Origin: Verrucomicrobiota bacterium
GTDB taxonomy: Bacteria; Verrucomicrobiota; Verrucomicrobiia; Limisphaerales; SXQI01
NCBI GenBank assembly: GCA_033762115.1
Contig: JANRLX010000051.1
Span: forward strand, 1 to 12,462
Direction: 5' to 3'
DNA length: 12,462 bases
Part shown: in pieces, positions 6,886 through 12,462 of the stretch
Layout of the letters: every line of letters begins with the position of its first letter
How positions within the stretch are numbered: the first letter of the stretch is position 1
The notes under the pieces: generated by a model
Told to the model about the DNA's origin: nothing
What the model saw: the letters and a program-made list of their open reading frames with translations, nothing else
Databases searched by the model: none
Position numbers and translations under genes: made by a program

Positions 6886-7692
6886 TTATTTCAGGAGCTT
6901 TTCCCGGGTGAAGGAAAGCGCTTTGGACACGTGCTCGGTCGGGTCCTTGAGGTTATTGTCGGTCTCAATAGCAAGCACGCCATTGTATTTGGATTCCTTG
7001 AGGACCTTGAACAATTCGTCAAATTTGGTGTCACCTTCACCGATGAAAGTGTCAGTGGCGACATCCCCGGTGGGAGTATGAGCGACCTTTTTATCTTTCA
7101 GATGAATATCAAAGACGCGGCCCTGGTATTCCTGGAAGGTTTTTGCCGCATCAAAGCGCGCGCTGGTAATCCAGCCTGTGTCCATGCAAACACCCATGCG
7201 GCTGTCACGGTGCATGATGAGATTGCGGACGACGAGAGGATTGCCGTAGGGAGATTTGATCCCGTGATTGTGAATGGCGACTTTGATGTCGTACTCCTTT
7301 GCAAGCTCCTCGAGATTATCGAGAATCCGGTAATCGCCCGGTTCGACGATGATGAGTTTCATTCCCATGAATTTTGCGAATTCAAAAAGTTTGCGATTTT
7401 CCTCCTTTTGCATCGAGGTGGCCGCGACGCCAAAGGTGTAGGGAATAAGGCCGAGTTGCTCCATTTGAGTTTTTTTCTGCTGCCACTCCTCGCGGGAGCC
7501 GTTTGGGTTGATATGGTTGGGGATCAGCTGGAGGTATTTGATGCCATGTTTGGCGGCAAACTGGATTGACTGCTCAAAATTAAGATTGCGGAGCGTCCAG
7601 GTTTGGATGCCGATTTTGACGCCTTCCTCGGCTGCATGAGATGAGGCAAGAAAAAGACCAGCGATGAGAATGGATAAGAGTCGTTTGAGCAT
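6886..7692 (-). CDS. Secreted sugar phosphate isomerase/epimerase family protein (xylose-isomerase-like TIM barrel, AP_endonuc_2)
   Basis: 268 aa. Signal peptide MLKRLLSILIAGLFLASSHA; motifs IGIQTWTLR, VAIHNHG, GVCMDTGW, DIHLKD, GVLAIETD (probable metal ligands). Confidence 0.88.
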   Translation of the reverse strand: MLKRLLSILIAGLFLASSHAAEEGVKIGIQTWTLRNLNFEQSIQFAAKHGIKYLQLIPNHINPNGSREEWQQKKTQMEQLGLIPYTFGVAATSMQKEENRKLFEFAKFMGMKLIIVEPGDYRILDNLEELAKEYDIKVAIHNHGIKSPYGNPLVVRNLIMHRDSRMGVCMDTGWITSARFDAAKTFQEYQGRVFDIHLKDKKVAHTPTGDVATDTFIGEGDTKFDELFKVLKESKYNGVLAIETDNNLKDPTEHVSKALSFTREKLLK

Positions 7693-7704
7693 ATCGGTGC
7701 AAGG

Positions 7705-7732
7705 ATTGAAACGGAAATGAGCGCAAGGTCAA
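7705..7732 (-). promoter_or_regulatory. Weak candidate sigma70 promoter for the isomerase gene
   Basis: Minus strand TTGACC (7732-7727), 16 nt, TTCAAT (7710-7705), 12 nt before ATG 7692; the -10 is non-canonical. Confidence 0.35.
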
Positions 7733-7791
7733 TTTCGAAATGGAAAGGAAAATAATCGCAATGGAGGAAAGCATCTTTCATCCTGCGATGA

Positions 7792-9186
7792 ATGAAGTGG
7801 TTTGATCCAGGGCAGGTAATGAAATCCGCCGTGGCGTGGTCGTGGCTGTATAACGGGTTACGACTTGCGTCTGGGTTGCTGCTGCTGCCTTTGCTTTACC
7901 GATTTTTGCCCGCCAACGATTTCGGGATGCATTACGTGTTTTTCACGTATTCATATCTTGTCTGGATTGTGGATGGTGCGTTCTCCGTGACGATTGGCCG
8001 AATGGCGTCGTACGCGATGAGCGGAGCGAAAACGTTGCAGGGATTGGGAATGGCAGAAGTGGCGGCGGGGGGTGAGCCCAATTACCCGTTGCTCTATCAA
8101 CTTCTTAAGACAACACGACAGATTTATTTCCTGATGTCGCTCGCAGTATTGATTCTGCTGGGCACGTTGGGAACACAGCAGGTGAGCTTAAGTGTGATGG
8201 AAACAAGCGATCCTGTAAAAACCTGGAGCGCGTGGTGGTTATTGCTGCTGGCAACTCCGCTGGATCTTCACTCGGCATCATACAATGTTTTCCTGCGAGG
8301 GATGAATCGGGTTTTAATCGCGGCAAAGATTTCAACAGTTGTTTATGGGATGCGGCTGGTTCTTTCCTGCGTTTTATTGCTCGCGGGTGAGGGATTGAAG
8401 AGCGTCCCTATTGCAACCTTGATCACCAGCGTTTTGCAATTCGTTTTGAACCGATATTATTGCCGGGAAGCGTTGCCCTTGCAGAAGATTTCGGATGGAC
8501 AGGAGAAGTCCTTGCTGAAGGTGGTCTGGCCGACGAGTTGGCGGGTGGGATTGCAGTTGTTTAGTACTTATTTTTTAAATGTTTCGCTAATCTCAATTGT
8601 GAGTCGCTATTTTGGTCTTGAAGCAGCAGGGCAATATGGCCTCTCAGTTCAGATCCTGATTGGAATTGCGCAGGGAGTTTCAGCGGTTTGGACGGCAGTC
8701 AAGTGGCCGCTGGTGGGCCAATATCGAGCACGGAACGACCTTGCCAGCATGAGAAGGGTGCTTTGGCCACGATTCTGGCTTCAGACAGGAACAATGGTTT
8801 TTAGCCTGGGGTTTGCCATTGTACTGGGGCCTGTTCTTCTGGAATGGATCAATCCTAATAAGAAAATGTTGCCTGGAGAGTGGTTGTTTCTTCTGGGCTG
8901 TTTCAGCTTATTGGATTTGAATTTCAGTTTTTGGACTGTTCTGCTCTCGCTTGAAAATCGAATTCCTTCGCTTTGGCCAACGGTAATCACCAATTTATGC
9001 AGTTTTGTCCTGGCTCTCCTTTTCGTGGAATTCAGCCAATGGGGTCTGTTAAGTATTATCCTCGCCCCATTGATCAGCGGGTCTCTTTTTAATTACTGGT
9101 ATTTTACCTGGCGCGGGGCGCGCAGCCTGGGAACGACGTGGTTTGAGTTTCTTCTTGGCAGGAAGCGGGAACCACAATTTAGCTAA
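7792..9186 (+). CDS. Polysaccharide flippase-like membrane protein (Wzx/MOP superfamily)
   Basis: 464 aa with roughly 12 or more hydrophobic segments; LLLLPLLYRFLPANDFGMHY and YFGLEAAGQYGLS are typical of PST-family exporters; first gene before glycosyltransferases. Alternative start ATG 7819. Confidence 0.8.
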   Translation: MKWFDPGQVMKSAVAWSWLYNGLRLASGLLLLPLLYRFLPANDFGMHYVFFTYSYLVWIVDGAFSVTIGRMASYAMSGAKTLQGLGMAEVAAGGEPNYPLLYQLLKTTRQIYFLMSLAVLILLGTLGTQQVSLSVMETSDPVKTWSAWWLLLLATPLDLHSASYNVFLRGMNRVLIAAKISTVVYGMRLVLSCVLLLAGEGLKSVPIATLITSVLQFVLNRYYCREALPLQKISDGQEKSLLKVVWPTSWRVGLQLFSTYFLNVSLISIVSRYFGLEAAGQYGLSVQILIGIAQGVSAVWTAVKWPLVGQYRARNDLASMRRVLWPRFWLQTGTMVFSLGFAIVLGPVLLEWINPNKKMLPGEWLFLLGCFSLLDLNFSFWTVLLSLENRIPSLWPTVITNLCSFVLALLFVEFSQWGLLSIILAPLISGSLFNYWYFTWRGARSLGTTWFEFLLGRKREPQFS

Positions 9187-9193
9187 ACTAATT

Positions 9194-9206
9194 TCAATGA
9201 CATTGA
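9194..9206. promoter_or_regulatory. Palindrome in the flippase-methyltransferase spacer (candidate operator)
   Basis: TCAATG-A-CATTGA, a perfect 6+6 inverted repeat; a third TCAAT half-site at 9220-9224. Confidence 0.3.
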
Positions 9207-9227
9207 TAGCCAAGCTGATTCAATAGG

Positions 9228-9950
9228 GTGATGGATCGCGCGGAAACTGAATCAAGAAAAACGCTCAGTGTCCCCCCTGCCGCAACCAAGTACGTACTGC
9301 TGCAACGCACTCAGCTTCAGAAATACCATTTCAAGTTCCTGAAAAAAATTGGAATCGATTATTCGAAGTGGCTGGTGGACTGGGAATCCAGAAGGCACCA
9401 CGAGGAAATCAGCGCCGGGTTTTTGAAAAGTCTGCAGGAAGATTTTAACAGTCTTAAGCCAGCCCTGCCGGAGAGGCTGGACAATCTTCTGGATATCGGA
9501 TGCGGGATCGCGGGAATCGATGTGTTGCTCAACGACCATTATAAAGGGCAGTTGAACATCAATTTATTGGATCGAACCAGCATTGAATCACGGGTGTATT
9601 ACGATTTTCATAAACAAGGGGCTTTTTATAACTCTCTCGAACTCGCCAGGGAAACGCTGATTGTTAATGGTGTTGCACCGGAACGTATCAGGTTGTTCGA
9701 AGCCAATGATCACAACCGAATTCCGCTCAAGGAGCCTGTTGATCTGGTCCTTTCCTTGATTTCCTGGGGATTTCATTACCCGGTGGCAACCTATTTATCA
9801 GAAGTCGAACGAATCCTGGCACCGGAAGGTCGTCTTATTTTGGATATTCGGCAGGGTAGTGGAGGGATGGAGGACTTGATTCGTGCCTTCGCCCGAGTGG
9901 AGGTGCTTTTTCAGAACCCAAAATATGCAAGAGTCCTGGCACGTCGGTGA
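9228..9950 (+). CDS. Class I SAM-dependent methyltransferase
   Basis: 240 aa (GTG 9228 or ATG 9231). Motif I LLDIGCGIAG, INLLD, VDLVLSLISWGFHYP, RILAPEGRLILDIR. Confidence 0.88.
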   Translation: MMDRAETESRKTLSVPPAATKYVLLQRTQLQKYHFKFLKKIGIDYSKWLVDWESRRHHEEISAGFLKSLQEDFNSLKPALPERLDNLLDIGCGIAGIDVLLNDHYKGQLNINLLDRTSIESRVYYDFHKQGAFYNSLELARETLIVNGVAPERIRLFEANDHNRIPLKEPVDLVLSLISWGFHYPVATYLSEVERILAPEGRLILDIRQGSGGMEDLIRAFARVEVLFQNPKYARVLARR

Positions 9951-11149
9951 AAACACCCTTGAATCGGAACGTCATTCTTCATTGCTTGAATCTCGATACG
10001 GTCGGAGGTGTTGAGCAGTTATTTTTTCATTTCATCAGGTATCTTTCGCCTGAAGAAGCGCGCTGTCATCACCTCTTAATCACCGGAAATCCACTTCACG
10101 AGCGGTTTCAGGAAATTGTTCCCTGCCTGGGGTCTGTAACCGAAGTAAAACGGTGGCATGGCTTAAAACTTCCCGGCAGACCGAGGTTGCTGCGGAATCG
10201 CAATCGCCTGGCGCAGATTTCCTCATTGGCACCGAGTGTGGCTGTGATTTGGAACCGTTTTGACCTGCCGCTCCTGCATGCGTTAAAGCAGTGTGGGACA
10301 AGGGTTGTTTATTATGAGCATGGAGCGGCGTGGCTGGCACCGGACAATGGGGAGAGCGCCGAGTTCGCCAGGGGAAGCGACGAGATCATCACTGCGAGTC
10401 GAGCAGCGTTGCGTGTGCTGGAATTGCGCTGGGATGTAAGGCAGACAAGGTCTGTCGTGCTGAACCCGCTGAGACCGGGGATGAGTTCATGGGATGTGAT
10501 CGCACGGCCAGCGCCTCGGACGGTGTTGCGACTTGGGGTGGTTGCGCGACTGATTCCGCTAAAGGGAATTGGGGTACTCTTATACGCTTTAAAGAAGCTG
10601 TTGGAGGATGGCTTGCGAGCGGAACTCGATATTGCAGGAGATGGTCCATTGCGGATCTTTTTGGAAAGGAAAGCAGAAGCGCTGGGGATCAAAGCATCCG
10701 TTCGTTTCAGAGGGGTTGTCAGGGAGATGGAATCGTATTATCCGAGCATTGATTTTTTACTGCTGCCATCGATTCGCGAGCCGTTTGGATTGGTAGCGGT
10801 GGAAGCAGCGGCGCACGGTTGCCCGGTCATCGCGGCAAAGGTCGATGGCATTCCGGAAGCGGTGCCTGAGAATGAAAGCGGGCTGCTGATTGAACCGACG
10901 TTGGCGCTGGAGGAGTACGAACGTTTTGGAGGTGAGCCTGGTGATTTTCCTCGCTTCATTTACAACCCAGGAAAAGACGCACTGGAATCGCCGAGATTTC
11001 TCGACCCGGCAGCTGTCGCAGAAGGAGTGATGACCCTTTTGGATTCGCAACGATATCAATTTATGAGTGCGCGGGGGATTGAAGTGGCAAGCCAGAAGTT
11101 CAAGTTTTCTGATTATGCCAAAAAACTGTCGGAAGTTTTGAAAGGTTAG
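9947..11149 (+). CDS. Glycosyltransferase family 4 (GT-B)
   Basis: 400 aa; GTGA overlap with the upstream stop. VGGVEQ, VYYEHG, GVVARLIPLKG, IAGDGP, and the EX7E motif in PSIREPFGLVAVEAAAHGCPVIA, DGIPEAV. Confidence 0.93.
   Translation: MKTPLNRNVILHCLNLDTVGGVEQLFFHFIRYLSPEEARCHHLLITGNPLHERFQEIVPCLGSVTEVKRWHGLKLPGRPRLLRNRNRLAQISSLAPSVAVIWNRFDLPLLHALKQCGTRVVYYEHGAAWLAPDNGESAEFARGSDEIITASRAALRVLELRWDVRQTRSVVLNPLRPGMSSWDVIARPAPRTVLRLGVVARLIPLKGIGVLLYALKKLLEDGLRAELDIAGDGPLRIFLERKAEALGIKASVRFRGVVREMESYYPSIDFLLLPSIREPFGLVAVEAAAHGCPVIAAKVDGIPEAVPENESGLLIEPTLALEEYERFGGEPGDFPRFIYNPGKDALESPRFLDPAAVAEGVMTLLDSQRYQFMSARGIEVASQKFKFSDYAKKLSEVLKG
11138..11148 (+). repeat. Left arm of an 11-bp imperfect inverted repeat
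   Basis: TTGAAAGGTTA matches the reverse complement of 11955-11965 (TTGAAAAGTTA) at 10/11; contains the methyltransferase stop and overlaps the GT4 stop. Confidence 0.5.
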
Positions 11150-11904
11150 GATCGCCGTTTTTGGAGGGATTTTTTGAAGCGATACCGAAGCGAATCGATC
11201 AACAGTTGGAGCTTTAGTTTTGCAAACGGGAGAGATTGGTTGCCAGGAATACAGGCAAATGTAGGACCGTAGCTCGATTCCTTGCCGTAACTGAGGTACG
11301 GCCGGGAAAATTCATCCGTGTCGATCCCGGCCCGGAGTTTCCAACAGGGCTCATCAAGAAAGCCGAATTCCTTCACGAAGCGAGGGTCGTCACTGTAAAA
11401 GGCGGAAGGAACATTGGCGGAAAGAAAGTCGCGTTCCGGGGAACCGACGAATGCGTCATGAATAAAAACTGCGAGTGGTTTGTAGTTGGCGAGCAAATTG
11501 AATGCGAGACGCAAGGCGCGAAAATGCTTGGGCCCATCGATCACGAGCACGTCATTCTCAGGTTCCAGGAAAGGGAGCAGTTGCCGGGCGTCTCCAAACA
11601 GGAGTTCAACATTTTTTCTGGAGGAGAGATTGCGGGTGGCAATCTGGACATCAGGCGAGTTGCGGTCATACTCCACGCTGATGATGTCAGCCGCATCAAA
11701 GCAGACGGAAAGCAGGTAGGTGCTCACTCCTCTGGCCCGCCCCGATTCGATGACACGACGCGGTTTTTCCTGGCAGGTGGCGGCCCAGACAAACAGGACT
11801 TCACTATAAAGGACGCCTTTGTCCTCGTAAGGGGCTCCGGCAATCCGTTGCTGATAAACCGGGAGACGTTCCCGGGCAGAGGCGATGGTCTGTTCGATAG
11901 TCAT
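11146..11904 (-). CDS. Putative class I SAM-dependent methyltransferase (Methyltransf_24-like), opposite to the cluster orientation
   Basis: 252 aa: RRVIESGRARGVST (motif I variant), IISVEYD, VELLFGDA, VLVIDGPK, VFIHD. 4-bp convergent stop overlap with GT4 (TTAG, 11146-11149). Confidence 0.78.
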   Translation of the reverse strand: MTIEQTIASARERLPVYQQRIAGAPYEDKGVLYSEVLFVWAATCQEKPRRVIESGRARGVSTYLLSVCFDAADIISVEYDRNSPDVQIATRNLSSRKNVELLFGDARQLLPFLEPENDVLVIDGPKHFRALRLAFNLLANYKPLAVFIHDAFVGSPERDFLSANVPSAFYSDDPRFVKEFGFLDEPCWKLRAGIDTDEFSRPYLSYGKESSYGPTFACIPGNQSLPFAKLKLQLLIDSLRYRFKKSLQKRRS

Positions 11905-11931
11905 TGCTTGCAGTTGAGAGGCGACATGCAG

Positions 11932-11960
11932 TTGCCTTGGTAAGGCAGGGTGAATAACTT
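11932..11960 (+). promoter_or_regulatory. Candidate leaderless sigma70 promoter for the GT2 gene
   Basis: TTGCCT (11932-11937), 17 nt, TAACTT (11955-11960), 6 nt, ATG 11967. Confidence 0.55.
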
Positions 11961-11965
11961 TTCAA
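11955..11965 (-). repeat. Right arm of the 11-bp imperfect inverted repeat
   Basis: TAACTTTTCAA, ending 1 nt before the GT2 ATG and containing the predicted -10; pairs with 11138-11148. Confidence 0.5.
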
Positions 11966-11966
11966 G

Positions 11967-12462
11967 ATGAACAGCGGAAATAAGCGTGAGGTGACGGTGA
12001 TCACGCCGACCTTTAACCGATCCAGTGAGTTGAAGGAAGCGCTGGCAAGTGTGCTGAAGCAATCGTTACCTCCCAAAGAGCATATCATTTGCGATAATTG
12101 TTCCGAAGATGAAACGGAAGCCGTCGTCAAAGCGTATGCGGATGAAGCGCCTTACCGGGTCATTTACAAACGGGAGAGAGACACAGGGATTTATCAGGCG
12201 ATGAATCGGGGATTGGCTACAGCAAACGGGGAGTTCCTGTTTATTCTGAATGATGACGATCAGTTTCATGGTCCAACGGTGCTGGACCGTTTTTCCGCGT
12301 GTCTTTCAGGATCAGGAGCGGAATTCATTTTTGGCGACACTGTCTGGCTCGACCGAAACACGGGGGAAAAAAAGTATCGCCGGCATAACCAGATGAACCG
12401 ACTCACCCTGGTGCAAAAAGGGATCAGTCAGCAGGCAATCCTTTATCGCAAATCGGCTTTCG
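11967..12462 (+). CDS. Glycosyltransferase family 2 (WcaE-like GT-A), 3' end truncated
   Basis: Not in the ORF track; hand translation: MNSGNKREVTVITPTFNRSSELKEALASVLKQ...HIICDNCSEDET...ERDTGIYQAMNRGLATANGEFLFILNDDD...FIFGD...ISQQAILYRKSAF, open to the window end. Confidence 0.93.
   Translation, partial: MNSGNKREVTVITPTFNRSSELKEALASVLKQSLPPKEHIICDNCSEDETEAVVKAYADEAPYRVIYKRERDTGIYQAMNRGLATANGEFLFILNDDDQFHGPTVLDRFSACLSGSGAEFIFGDTVWLDRNTGEKKYRRHNQMNRLTLVQKGISQQAILYRKSAF

Noticed and set aside
6931..7569. 212-aa plus-strand ORF
   Set aside because: Antisense shadow of the isomerase gene.
11236..11943. 235-aa plus-strand ORF that would keep the cluster co-directional
   Set aside because: No domain motifs, whereas the minus-strand ORF has coherent methyltransferase motifs.
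1..12462. Mobile elements, defence systems, tRNA or rRNA genes
   Set aside because: No transposase, integrase, nuclease or RNA-gene signatures were seen; the methyltransferases lack DNA-MTase catalytic motifs (DPPY/NPPY, PCQ).

Overview
Bacterial chromosomal window, probably Verrucomicrobiota (inferred from the CobA-HemD fusion, a PEP-CTERM protein, and a polyprenyl synthase-ECF sigma-'LLALKRHEQPP' gene trio). It holds 13 supportable CDSs. On the minus strand: a partial TPM-domain protein, cobA/hemD, ald, then a putative anti-sigma factor, an ECF sigma factor, a polyprenyl synthase and a secreted TIM-barrel isomerase. On the plus strand: a PEP-CTERM protein and a surface-polysaccharide cluster (flippase-like protein, SAM methyltransferase, GT4, partial GT2) interrupted by one oppositely oriented methyltransferase. 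No rRNA, tRNA, CRISPR array or transposase was seen. The proteins are mostly ordinary; the notable signals are non-coding. (1) The inverted methyltransferase is bracketed at its junctions by an 11-bp inverted repeat (10/11), a candidate invertible segment. (2) Six A(G/C)TGGGAA repeats resembling MraZ operators lie between two convergent 3' ends with no mraZ nearby. (3) The ald-cobA spacer is packed with hairpins. (4) Several sigma70-like promoters imply leaderless mRNAs, and two share a 15-nt motif. (5) GC skew appears to reverse across the window. All were found by eye and are hypotheses; none establishes a new system.
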